A stretch of 64,000 nt of DNA from an uncultured Armatimonadetes bacterium (lineage in GTDB: Bacteria > Armatimonadota > UBA5829 > DTJY01). How positions within the stretch are numbered: position 1 is the stretch's first letter; every line of letters begins with the position of its first letter. Shown here one piece after another: positions 9,985 through 19,827 of this stretch. Location: NCBI GenBank assembly GCA_963717145.1, contig OY970325.1, positions 4,067,248-4,131,247 of the forward strand, read 5' to 3'. Both the position numbers and the translations under genes were made by a program. Under the pieces are notes generated by a model. It was not told the DNA's origin. It made no database searches and was given only the letters and a program-made list of their open reading frames with translations.

Positions 9985-12585
9985 CTACACAACCTCCGCC
10001 TCGACCGCGCGGGTGAAGGCGAACTCGCCTTCCTGGGCGTCGACGGTGATGTGGTCGCCGTCGTGGAACTCGCCCTCGAGGATCTTCATCGCAAGCGGGT
10101 CCTGGATGCGCTTCTGGATCGTCCGCTTGAGCGGGCGCGCGCCGTAGGTCGGATCGAACCCCTCGGCCGCAAGCTCCTGTTCCGCCCGGTCGGTCACCTC
10201 GATCTCGATCTTCCGGTCCGCGAGCCGCTTCCTCAGGTACTGAAGCTGGATCTCCACGATCTGCTTGATGTGCTCCGCCGTGAGCGAGTTGAAGAACACG
10301 ATCTCGTCGAGCCGGTTCAGGAACTCCGGCCTGAACTGCGTCCGGAGCGCGTCCATCGCCCGGCTGCGCATCTCCCGGTCGTCGACGCCCGCCATCTCCT
10401 GAATCCATTGCGAGCCGACGTTCGACGTCATGATGATCACCGTGTTCTTGAAATCGACCGTCCGACCCTGGCCGTCGGTCATCCGCCCCTCGTCCAGGAT
10501 CTGGAGCAGCACGTTGAACACATCCGAGTGCGCCTTCTCGATCTCGTCGAAGAGCAGCACGCTGTACGGCCTCCGACGGACCGCCTCGGTGAGCTGTCCG
10601 CCCTCTTCGAAGCCGACGTATCCCGGCGGCGCGCCGATCATCCGCGCGACCGAATGCTTCTCCATGTACTCCGACATGTCGAGCCGGATCATCGCCTTCT
10701 CGTCATCGAACATGAACTCCGCGAGCGCCCGGGCAAGCTCGGTCTTACCGACGCCGGTCGGGCCCATGAAGATGAAGCTCCCGATCGGCCGGTTCGGATC
10801 CTGCAACCCGGCGCGCGCCCGGCGGACCGCGTTCGATACGGCTCGGACCGCCTCGTCCTGGCCGACGACCCGCTGCTTCAGGCGCTCATCCATGTGGACG
10901 AGCTTCTGCATCTCGCCTTCCATCATCCTGGAGACGGGGATGCCGGTCCACTTGCTCACGACCTCGGCGATGTCCTCCTCATCGACCTCCTCCTTGAGCA
11001 TCTTGCGGTCCTTCTGGACCTCCGCCAGGCGGGCGGTCGAGTCGTCGAGTTCCTTCTGGAGGGTCAGCAGCGTGCCGTACCGAAGCTCGGCGGCCTTCTG
11101 GAGGTCGGCATCGCGCTCGGCGTGCTGGAGGTCGATCCCGGCCTGCTCGATCTGCTGCTTGATCTGCTGGATGCGGTGGACGACTTCCTTCTCGTTCTGC
11201 CAGTGAGCCTTCATCTCGGCGCTCTGCTCGCGCAAATCCGCGAGTTCCTTCTCGATTTCGGATTTCGTATTTCGAATTTCGGATTTGGTTTCACGCTTGA
11301 GGGAGATCAGCTCGATCTCGAGCTGACGGATGCGCCGTTCGATCACGTCGATCTCCAAGGGCATGCTGTCGATCTCGATGCGCAGGCGCGATCCGGCCTC
11401 GTCGATCAGGTCGATCGCCTTGTCCGGGAGGAAACGGTCGGCGATGTACCGATGCGAGAGGATCGCCGCCGCCACGATCGCGGAGTCGTTGATCTTGATG
11501 CCGTGGTGAACCTCATACCGCTCCTTCAGTCCGCGGAGTATCGCGATCGTGTCATCGACATCCGGCTCATCGACCATGATCGGCTGGAACCGGCGTTCGA
11601 GCGCGGCATCCTTCTCGATATGCTTGCGGTACTCGTCGAGCGTGGTCGCGCCGACGCATCGAAGCTCCCCGCGCGCGAGCATCGGCTTAAGCATGTTCGA
11701 CGCATCGACCGCGCCCTCGGCGGCGCCCGCTCCGACGACGGTGTGCAGCTCGTCGATGAAGAGTATGACCTCGCCCTCGGCCTCCGCGACCTCGCGCAGG
11801 ACGGCCTTCATGCGGTCCTCGAACTCGCCTCGGTACTTCGCGCCGGCGATCATACCGCCGATATCGAGGCTGACGATCCGCTTGTTCTTCAGGCCCTCGG
11901 GGATGTCGCCGCTTTCGATGCGCTGTGCCAGTCCCTCGACGATGGCGGTCTTCCCGACGCCCGGCTCACCGATCAGGACCGGGTTGTTCTTCGTGCGGCG
12001 CGAGAGCACCTGAACGACCCGCCTGATCTCGTCGTCCCGGCCGATGACCGGGTCGAGCTTCCCCTTGCGCGCCATCTCGGTCAGGTCGCGGCCATATCGT
12101 TCGAGCGCCTGGTACTTCTCCTCGGGGTTCTGATCGGTCACTCGGGCGGTTCCACGGACCTCCACCAGCGCCTTGAGGACCTTGTCCTTCGATGCGCCCA
12201 GACCGCGGAGGATGTTGCCCGCCTCGCCCTGAGCCTCGGAGATCGCGAGGAGGAGGTGCTCGGTGCTGACGTACTCGTCCTTCATCTTCTGGGCCTCGTC
12301 CCACGCCTTGTCGAGCGCAGTCTTGAGCACGGCCGAGATGTAGACCTGGCCGGTGACGCCCTGGATCTTCGGCATGCGGTCGAGCACTGCCTTGACCTGG
12401 CCTTGAACCGCTCGGGGATCGACGCCGATCTTCTGGAGAACAGGCGTGACGACGCCTTCCTCCTGGGTCAACAGGGCGAGCAGGAGGTGCTCCGCGCCGA
12501 TCTCCTGATGGCCGTTTTGGTCCGCGAGGTTCTGCGCCTCCTGGACGGCCTCCTGCGCCTTGATCGTAAACTTGTCCATTCTCAT
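9985..12585 (-). CDS. clpB: ATP-dependent chaperone ClpB
   Basis: 866 aa; two AAA+ modules ([30 protein letters not shown]); Clp N domain; coiled-coil middle domain. Confidence 0.95.
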   Translation of the reverse strand: MRMDKFTIKAQEAVQEAQNLADQNGHQEIGAEHLLLALLTQEEGVVTPVLQKIGVDPRAVQGQVKAVLDRMPKIQGVTGQVYISAVLKTALDKAWDEAQKMKDEYVSTEHLLLAISEAQGEAGNILRGLGASKDKVLKALVEVRGTARVTDQNPEEKYQALERYGRDLTEMARKGKLDPVIGRDDEIRRVVQVLSRRTKNNPVLIGEPGVGKTAIVEGLAQRIESGDIPEGLKNKRIVSLDIGGMIAGAKYRGEFEDRMKAVLREVAEAEGEVILFIDELHTVVGAGAAEGAVDASNMLKPMLARGELRCVGATTLDEYRKHIEKDAALERRFQPIMVDEPDVDDTIAILRGLKERYEVHHGIKINDSAIVAAAILSHRYIADRFLPDKAIDLIDEAGSRLRIEIDSMPLEIDVIERRIRQLEIELISLKRETKSEIRNTKSEIEKELADLREQSAEMKAHWQNEKEVVHRIQQIKQQIEQAGIDLQHAERDADLQKAAELRYGTLLTLQKELDDSTARLAEVQKDRKMLKEEVDEEDIAEVVSKWTGIPVSRMMEGEMQKLVHMDERLKQRVVGQDEAVRAVSNAVRRARAGLQDPNRPIGSFIFMGPTGVGKTELARALAEFMFDDEKAMIRLDMSEYMEKHSVARMIGAPPGYVGFEEGGQLTEAVRRRPYSVLLFDEIEKAHSDVFNVLLQILDEGRMTDGQGRTVDFKNTVIIMTSNVGSQWIQEMAGVDDREMRSRAMDALRTQFRPEFLNRLDEIVFFNSLTAEHIKQIVEIQLQYLRKRLADRKIEIEVTDRAEQELAAEGFDPTYGARPLKRTIQKRIQDPLAMKILEGEFHDGDHITVDAQEGEFAFTRAVEAEVV

Positions 12586-12606
12586 GGGGTCACACTCCCT
12601 CCATCA

Positions 12607-12729
12607 GCAACCGCATGTAGTGGCCGCGCCTCCGTGCCGGCCTTCGACGTCCCATGGCCGGCACGGAGGCACGGCCACTACATGCGGTTCCGATTGTCCG
12701 AACATGGCCGGCACGGAGGCGCGGCCACT
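12607..12729. repeat. hairpin with duplicated arm between clpB start and 3' end of upstream gene
   Basis: catgtagtggccgcgcctccgtgccggcc / ggccggcacggaggcacggccactacatg inverted repeat plus a second copy of the right arm at 12701..12729. Confidence 0.6.
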
Positions 12730-12880
12730 ACGACGGCAAAGAATATGTACCCAATCGGGCCAAGCGGTCACCATGTCTATGCCTGCGCCATCATACTACT
12801 TGATGGCATTGTTGTCAAGTAGTATGACGCACGAGCACCCCAAATGGTTCCCATCTTGGCGTCCCTTGGCGACTTGGCGG

Positions 12881-14122
12881 CTAGTCCAATCCGCCGGACT
12901 CCTCCTGGGCGATGCGGGCCCAGGAGGCGAGGCGCCGGGGATCGTTGTCGCAGGTGTGCGTGTCCTTGAGGATCATCTCGACCACGCAACCCTTCCCAAC
13001 GTCGAGCGTCTCGCGGATATCCCGACGGATCCAATCCTCGTCGAACTTGCCGCACATCTGCGCGGGATTCGGCTTCCAGGAGAAGATATACCTGTTCCCG
13101 AGGCCCTCAGCCGCGAGGCGTTTATCCGCCCACGGGCTGATCGAAATCCTCCGCAGGCGCGGAATCTTGAGCACGTATTCCAGGCGGTCGGTCACCGGCT
13201 CGCAGCACCCGTAGCAGTTCAGGCCGTAGCGGTCCATCAGCGGGCGCTGGTACTGGAAGACGAACTCCTCGTGCATCGCGCCCGAGACGCCGACGAGTTC
13301 CTGCGCCTCGCCGAACCCCCAGAGGTTTCTCAGGCGCACCCGTCCGTCGAAGTCGGGGCCGGGTAGCTCGTCGGTATATCCGATGCCGCCCGATGCGATG
13401 TACTCATCGTTGTTGTCGAGGTCGAGCTTCGGGTAGGCATCGACCTGATCGAGCATGTGCATGTTTCCATCCGCCAGGAACTTCATCACCCGGTGGACGA
13501 ACTCCGGCCTTTCGATCATGTCGTACATCATCTGATCGAGGCCGCGGAGGTACATATAGACGTTCGCCAGGCCGGTGAACCCCCAGATGAACATGCGGTG
13601 GAAGACCTTGACCTCGAGGATGTCGCCGACCGCCTCCCGCATGGCGTCGAAGTTGCGCCGAGTCGCCTCCTCGTCGATCACGATGTCGGGGACCTGCAGC
13701 TTGTCGATATCCGACTCATCCTTCATCGGTGGATCGATGTGCCACGCGCCACGGGGCATGTCGCTGTGGGTGTATCCGCACGAGAGTCCCCAGCCGGTGT
13801 GCGTCCACGCGAGGTGGACTTTGAGGTGCGGCTCGATGGGCCAGTCGTCGTGGAGGACCTCCCCGTGGTAGATGATCTGGCGGAAGTGGTTCTCGTAGGC
13901 ACGGGCGAGTGGATCGGTGCATCGGAGAGTGCCTTCCGGGAAGATCTCGCCCCATGAGCCTTCCGGGGAGACGAGCACCATCGGCTTGGTCTTCTTCAGG
14001 CTGTTGTGGAGCTTCCACATCTCGCGCAGTTTCGCCTGGCGGGGATGATTGCCGATTTCCGCGACCTTTTTCGCAAGCTCGCGGAGGATCTGTCGGTCGT
14101 TCGTTTCAAATGGCATGGCCAA
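12881..14122 (-). CDS. hypothetical protein (possibly uroporphyrinogen-decarboxylase-like fold)
   Basis: 413-aa intact ORF; no firm family recognised by eye. Confidence 0.35.
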   Translation of the reverse strand: MAMPFETNDRQILRELAKKVAEIGNHPRQAKLREMWKLHNSLKKTKPMVLVSPEGSWGEIFPEGTLRCTDPLARAYENHFRQIIYHGEVLHDDWPIEPHLKVHLAWTHTGWGLSCGYTHSDMPRGAWHIDPPMKDESDIDKLQVPDIVIDEEATRRNFDAMREAVGDILEVKVFHRMFIWGFTGLANVYMYLRGLDQMMYDMIERPEFVHRVMKFLADGNMHMLDQVDAYPKLDLDNNDEYIASGGIGYTDELPGPDFDGRVRLRNLWGFGEAQELVGVSGAMHEEFVFQYQRPLMDRYGLNCYGCCEPVTDRLEYVLKIPRLRRISISPWADKRLAAEGLGNRYIFSWKPNPAQMCGKFDEDWIRRDIRETLDVGKGCVVEMILKDTHTCDNDPRRLASWARIAQEESGGLD

Positions 14123-14176
14123 CCTCCAGAATGGTTGATGGTATATGGTTCATGGTTGATGCGGGATCTCACATTG

Positions 14177-14283
14177 GTGTTTCGGGATTTGAGTGACTCT
14201 GGGAACGGAAATCCCGAAATGCGTCTCTCGTCCCGTTTCGGGATTTCCGTTCCCAGAGTCACTCAAATCCCGAAACACCAACC
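14177..14283. repeat. 107-bp near-perfect palindrome (about 45-bp arms)
   Basis: ggtgtttcgggatttgagtgactctgggaacggaaatcccgaaa ... tttcgggatttccgttcccagagtcactcaaatcccgaaacacc. Confidence 0.8.
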
Positions 14284-14304
14284 TCTCATTTCCGTACCAG
14301 GGTC

Positions 14305-17300
14305 TCATTCCTCGACCCTCAGGCCGTCTATGTGGACCAGCTTGTCGTCGGCGACCTCGATGCGGATCGTGTGACGGCGGGCGGTTGGGAACTCCCGGCG
14401 GTAGACGCAGACGCCCCAGATGTCATCGGCGGAGTAGGTATCGACGACCTCGGCCGGGTCGCCGTCGATGCTGACCGACGCCGGGCCGCAGTCCGCGCCG
14501 AGCTTCGAGAACCAGAGCACCTTCCGCCCCTCGAAGGCGAACTCCACCGACGCGCCCTTCTGCTTGGAGAATGAGATCGTGCCGTCATGCGCCGGTTGGA
14601 GACCCGATCGGCGCTCCCAGTCGCCAGTGTACGTCAAGGCGCTCGATCTGTCATCCACGATCAGCGCGGGTTTGCCGGATGAACCCTTGGCGGAGATGCG
14701 CTCGGAGGCGTTCCCGTCTCCATCCACGGTACGTACCTCGTACTTGGCCGCCGGGTCCGCTCCCGCCGAATGGTCGAAGTAGATACGTCCCCTTGGCGAC
14801 TCTGTCGAGCGGCTGCGCCGTTCCGCGAAGACCTCGTAGTAGGAGACCCAGTTGTTGTCCGACCCCGGCTTCCACATCAGCTCGACTCCCGGATAGCCCA
14901 TGTTCTCCGCCGCGCGCTTGGTGACGCTGCTGGGCGGAGTCGGCGGCTCGGTGTCGAGCTTGCTGCCCGGGGTGCATCGGCAGGTTGAGGTAGATCAACT
15001 CGCCGGGGAGCATCTTCTCGATCGAGATGCCTGCCGTCATCAGGTCTGTGCCAGACCGCTTCTCGGTGCGCTTCGATTCGCTCGAATGAGACGGAATAGG
15101 TCTCATCGGGAAGCAGACCCTTGGGCGTGATCGTCACCGGCCCGGACGCGGGCCGCTTGATGATGATCACGCCGCGCAGGCCGTCGCCGCTGAGCCGCTG
15201 GAAGGTACATCGTCGGGTCATCGCCGGTCACGATCGGACGGTAGACGTGGACCCATCGGCCGACGACGCCGTTGTTTCTGCAGGTAGTGGTAGATGTCGA
15301 TCAGCTCGCGCAGGCCCTCCAGCTTCGTCGGGCTCCCATGTGTCGCCGGTCATGTCGAAGTTGATGCAGAGGAGCGCCGCGCCACGTCGCCTTGTCGTAC
15401 TTGGCGGGATTCCAGATGTCGGGCATGTCGCTCGTCTTGTCGGGCGGGAAGAGCAGCGACGCGTAGTAGTTGCGCGAGGATGCCCGACCGCGCCATCGCT
15501 GAACTGGATCGTCGAGGCGTAGCGGATGTAGTCGTAGCCGCAGTAGTTGCCGCCGCCGTTGACCGCCTGGAACGCGCAGCTGGGATGCTTGTCGAGGAAG
15601 TGCCGGAGGATCTCGCGGAAGCCCTGGTCCTGGCCGAGCAGCGGCGTGTCGTCGCCGTCGCTGCGGGCTGGTGAAGAAGCTGTCGTTGCGCCACTCGAAG
15701 TCGCCCCAGCGCTCGACGAAATCGTCGAGTTGCCCCTCGATGAACTCGACGACTTCGGGCTCGGACATGTCGAGCGTGTCTGCCGAGCACCCAGTCCGGA
15801 TGCTCCTTCGCCACCTTCGACTCGGGATCGACCGTGTAGAGGAACGCGTAGATGAGCTGGCCCATGTCCGTACTTGCGCAGGTACTCGCCGGTCGTGCGG
15901 AAGTCCGGGCCGTTCCAGTCGCCCGCGCGATCCCACCAGCCCCAGTCGCGGTGGTAGACGTCTGCGCCGATGTAGCGCATGAGGTCGGCGACGCGGAAGA
16001 CCTTGCGGAAGGTGCTGTCCAGGTCCGGCTTGCCGCCGGTCCAGCCGACGCCCGGCTGGCCCCAGCCGGTGCCCTTGCATCCAGTAGCCGAGCATCCGGA
16101 TCGCCGGGAACCATCCCTCGCGGGTGTAGTCCCACAGATAGCGGTACTGCCAGTCGAGGCATTCGTTGCCGGCGTTGTCGAGGTCGTCGCGGAAGAGGCC
16201 GACGAACGCCTTCGGGGTCGTGACGCGACTCGCCCGGCGCGAGGGTCTGCTTGTGGCCGGCGACCTTCAGTTGCGCCGTGATCGACGCCGTCGGCTGCAG
16301 CTCGAAGGACGACGCCCAGTGGCCGAAGTAGTCCCAGCCGATGAAGAGGCCGTCGCCGGTGTCTCGGTCGTAGCAGCGCGTACCACGGCGCGTAGCTCGA
16401 TGAGCCCATGCCGGAAGCCGTAGCCCGAACTCCCGCCGGACGCGTTGCCGGTGTTGCAGACCGATGCCGGTCACGCGGACTCTGCCCGCCTTCGGCGCGG
16501 TCCAGACGCGGACGGCGTCCTGGCCGGCGTCAGGATGCTGATTGCCCGCTCCGACGAACGGCGTGCCGGTCGCGTTGTCCTGCGTCTTGCGCCACTGCTT
16601 GTGCTCGGGGTAGTAGACCAGGTCGACGAACTTGCCGTCCTCGATGTACTGGTATCGCCAGCCGCTCTTCCCCTGCTCGCCGCTGAACTCCCCGGAGGCT
16701 GTATGGGTCTCGCCGTCTTCGTAGGTGATCGTCGGGTTGAAGGCGGTGGTGTCAAAGCCGATGTTTCCGTGCATGTTGACCAGGAAGACCAGCCTGTCGC
16801 CCGCCGTCACGTCGAGCGGCGACATCGAACGGGACAGTGACGGTGGCGTTGGGGACGTACTGCCAGCCCTCCGCGGGCCAGACCTGCCGATCGTTCAGCA
16901 TGATCCTGGCGTCTGATCCCGTCGCCGGGGAACTCGGGGTGGTCCGCGGGAAGCGGCTCGTAGGAATCGAACGTGCGCGTCTTGCCTGGTGTCAGCGACT
17001 CGGTCTTGAGCGTCCAGGAGCCGGGCTGGTTCTCGCCGCCGGTCATCCAGTGGAAATCGGGTGAACCGCCGAGCCGCACTCCGAGGTTGAGGAACTCCGG
17101 CTCGACGACCTGGAGCGGCGCATCGCCCGTATTCGTAAAGCTGACCCACTCCCGGATCACGCTCGACTTGGGGTAGATGACGAAAACCTTGGTGGCCTTC
17201 AGAGGTCCCTGCTGGAGAGCGATACGGAGTTCCAGTTCGCCGTGTTTGAGCTTGTTCGTGTCGGAACTGACAAGCTCCCAGCGTCCTGCCAGCAGCTCAT

Positions 17301-17502
17301 CCGGGGCGGCGACCTCACGGCCCTTGATCTTGAAGCTCTTGAGGAGTAATCGGCCGTCCTCCAGGGCGACGGTCCGCTCGACGGACGCCGTTCCGAAGGT
17401 CCACGTCGTGCCCTCCTGTTTGACGTAGGCATCGCTGTTGCGCATCGGATTCCCTCCTGTCGCGAGAACTAGTACACTGCAAATCAAGGCTGCTGTCAGC
17501 AA
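14305..17502 (-). pseudogene. secreted glycoside-hydrolase-like gene (alpha-galactosidase-like?) broken by at least 6 frameshifts
   Basis: Plausible peptide segments alternate among three minus frames (ORFs 16807..17502, 15350..16825, 15228..16409, 15301..16095, 14877..15221, 14651..15106, 14305..14901); Arg-rich out-of-frame stretches between them. Confidence 0.55.
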
Positions 17503-17514
17503 GTCGATTCTCCT

Positions 17515-17856
17515 CTATGTGCGAGCCAGATAAAGGTACGTGACCCGGTTGTCGGGGCCGATGTAGACGTACAGCCTCCAAACGAAGTCGTTGTACTCCA
17601 GGACTTCTTTCTCCACGGGCCTTGTCGGCACAGGTATGTAGTTCGCAGTATGCATTTCCTTGAGCGACTGCGCCACGTGATTCGGCTGACCCTTGACCGC
17701 GATCACCTCGGAGCGAGTCATGCCGACATGCATGCCGTTCATCAAGGAACGACGAGATCGTTCGTTCATGATCTGTGGACCGTTCATGAAGAGGATCACA
17801 CCGGCTGCCACGATGGCAAGCGCGACAACCAGCCAGATAACCAGCGAACGCTTCAT
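17515..17856 (-). CDS. small membrane-anchored hypothetical protein
   Basis: Internal start MKRSLVIWLVVALAIVAAGVILF, a single transmembrane helix. Confidence 0.4.
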   Translation of the reverse strand: MKRSLVIWLVVALAIVAAGVILFMNGPQIMNERSRRSLMNGMHVGMTRSEVIAVKGQPNHVAQSLKEMHTANYIPVPTRPVEKEVLEYNDFVWRLYVYIGPDNRVTYLYLART

Positions 17857-17964
17857 CTCATACCCCCTGATGGGCTCTCTTACATGAAGCTGTTCGATCA
17901 ATGCGCCTTCTTCCCCTGCAGGACAATGGGCCGCATTGTGTGAAAGTCTCCCCTGAGGCGGAAC

Positions 17965-18536
17965 ATGAAGCGATCGAAGCAAAATCGGCCGAAGGACTGC
18001 CCGTTCGTCGGCAAGGGCGGGCTCAAACTGCAGTTCGCGCTCGAGCATTTCGGACTCGACGTGTGCGACACGGTCGCCGCCGATCTCGGATGCAACATCG
18101 GCGGGTTCACGGACGCCCTCCTCCAGGCCGGCGCATCGAAGGTGTATGCCGTCGATACCTCCTACGGGCTGCTGGCCTGGAAGCTGCGAACCGACGAGCG
18201 CGTGGTCGTCTTCGAGCGGACGAACGTGCTCCGCTGGACGGCCCCGAGCAGGTCGATCTGGTGGTCGCGGACCTCGGATGGACCCGCCAGGAGTTGACGC
18301 TGCCGGTGATCGCGCGAATCCTCAAGCCGGGCGGTCAGGCGCTCTCGCTCGTGAAGCCGCAGTATGAAGTCCCCGGCAACAAGGGTGTCCTGCCTGAGGA
18401 ACAGATCCCCGAGGCGCTCGAGATGGTCCACTCGATCATCCCCGACGAGTTCGAAGTCCTCGGCGAGGAGCGCTCCCCATACGTCGGCAGTGGAGGCAAC
18501 GTCGAGTATTGGTTGTGGCTGCGGAAACACGAATAG
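17965..18536 (+). pseudogene. tlyA: TlyA-family rRNA 2'-O-methyltransferase (FtsJ-like), frameshifted at a C4 run near 18243..18246
   Basis: N part in frame 1 (KDCPFVGKGGLKL...ERTNVLRW); C part (PEQVDLVVADLGW...LKPGGQALSLVKPQYEV) in frame 3; may be a sequencing indel. Confidence 0.6.
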
Positions 18537-18792
18537 CACGAATGGACGAATATGGGGAAAGACCCGGCATGGTGTTTTTTCGGTAACTCGGATCATCAAG
18601 TGATAGCTCATGTTCTCAAGGTACCCGAACACGAATGGGGCCAGGGATCCATTCGCGGATGGCCTTCCTGATCCCATCCCATCCCATTCGTGTTCCGTTA
18701 CCTTGAGAACATGACCTACCGCCCTGTAGACTGAGTTACCGAAGTCCCCAAACCCGATTCTCCCCATATTCGTCCATTCGTGGGATTCGTGT
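18526..18792. repeat. ~265-bp nested near-perfect palindrome (MITE-like or cruciform-capable)
   Basis: Outer arms acacgaatagcacgaatggacgaatatgggg / ccccatattcgtccattcgtggg; inner arms atgttctcaaggtacccgaacacgaatggg / cccattcgtgttccgttaccttgagaacat; single-arm copy at 55344..55374. Confidence 0.75.
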
Positions 18793-18819
18793 TTTCCGAA
18801 GGATACCCGTGCCTCCACA

Positions 18820-19827
18820 ATGAACCTCTCTGTTGGTGTTCAACTCATGCAAACAATCGGGATAGACATCGGCGGGACGAAGATCGCGGGGGCACTGGTC
18901 GACCGCTCGGGGGAGATTCGCGACCGCATTCAGTGCCCCACGCGGGCATCCGAGGGCGCGGAGGCGGTCATGTCACGAGTGATCGACCTGGCCGCGAGTC
19001 TCCGTCAGGCGTCCGGCGGGAAGATCGAGGGCATCGGGGTCGCGTCCGGCGGCCAGATTGACCCCGTGACCGGCGTCGTCATCCACGCGACCGACCTGCT
19101 TCCCGGCTGGAAGGGCACGCGCATCACCGAGATGATCGAGACACGGTTCCGCGTCAGGGCACGCGCGCTCAATGACGGGAGCGCCGCCGCGCTCGGCGAG
19201 GGCCGGTTTGGGGCCGCCAGAGATGTCAGGGATTTCGTGCTCCTCACACTCGGGACCGGAGTCGGTGGAGGGATCGTGGCCGGCGGGAAGCTCGTCTCAG
19301 GCGCGCTCGGTGTCGCCGGCTCGATCGGCCACATGGTGATCGACTGCGACGGCCGCCCCTGCAACTGCGGGAGTCGCGGATGCCTCGAGGCATACGTCTC
19401 CGGGACGGCGATCCTCGGCCGGATGATCGAACTCGCCGATGAACGGGGCTACGACTCCCAATTCATCAGGCGGTTGAGGCAGGGCGAGCCGCGCAGCTCG
19501 ACCCTCATGCACGACGCGGTCAGGGACAGGCTCGGGAACGAGGTCGTTCGCGAGGCCGGCGACTACCTCGGCTGGGGGTTCGTCTCCCTGCTCAACCTGC
19601 TCAACCCGGCGATGATCGTGGTCGGCGGCGGAGTGGCCATCCTCGGGGAAGCGCTCCTGGATCCGGCGAGGGAGATCGCCCGAAAGCACGCGCTTCGAGG
19701 GGAATGGGACCCGGTCCGCATCGTCCGAGCCGAGTTGGGCAACAACGCGGGCCTCGTTGGGGCCGCGAGTTTGGTGTGGGAGGAACACAGAAGCGCGGAA
19801 GGAAAGGAATCACGGAATGCTCTCTGA
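18820..19827 (+). CDS. ROK-family sugar kinase / regulator
   Basis: IGIDIGGTKI N-terminus; CNCGSRGCLE zinc motif. Confidence 0.8.
   Translation: MNLSVGVQLMQTIGIDIGGTKIAGALVDRSGEIRDRIQCPTRASEGAEAVMSRVIDLAASLRQASGGKIEGIGVASGGQIDPVTGVVIHATDLLPGWKGTRITEMIETRFRVRARALNDGSAAALGEGRFGAARDVRDFVLLTLGTGVGGGIVAGGKLVSGALGVAGSIGHMVIDCDGRPCNCGSRGCLEAYVSGTAILGRMIELADERGYDSQFIRRLRQGEPRSSTLMHDAVRDRLGNEVVREAGDYLGWGFVSLLNLLNPAMIVVGGGVAILGEALLDPAREIARKHALRGEWDPVRIVRAELGNNAGLVGAASLVWEEHRSAEGKESRNAL

Noticed and set aside
9973-12822. 949-aa plus-strand ORF antisense to clpB, and similar long antisense ORFs (for example 3005..3934, 19601..20863, 23118..24116, 24933..26036, 37344..38396, 39831..40547, 46264..47007, 62600..63454).
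   Set aside because: Typical stop-poor antisense frames of high-GC DNA. Products are Arg/Pro/Ala-rich low-complexity, and the opposite strand encodes well-conserved proteins.
12855-12885. cttggcgtcccttggcgacttggcgg (also at 55757..55782) considered as another sigma-54 promoter or shared operator.
   Set aside because: Has TGGCG-like -24 halves but no TTGC -12 element at the required spacing. Only two short copies.
17901-18536. 211-aa ORF 17901..18536 as the tlyA product.
   Set aside because: Its N-terminal 110 aa are Arg-rich out-of-frame translation. The real N-terminus is ORF 17965.. in another frame, so this is one gene with a frameshift.
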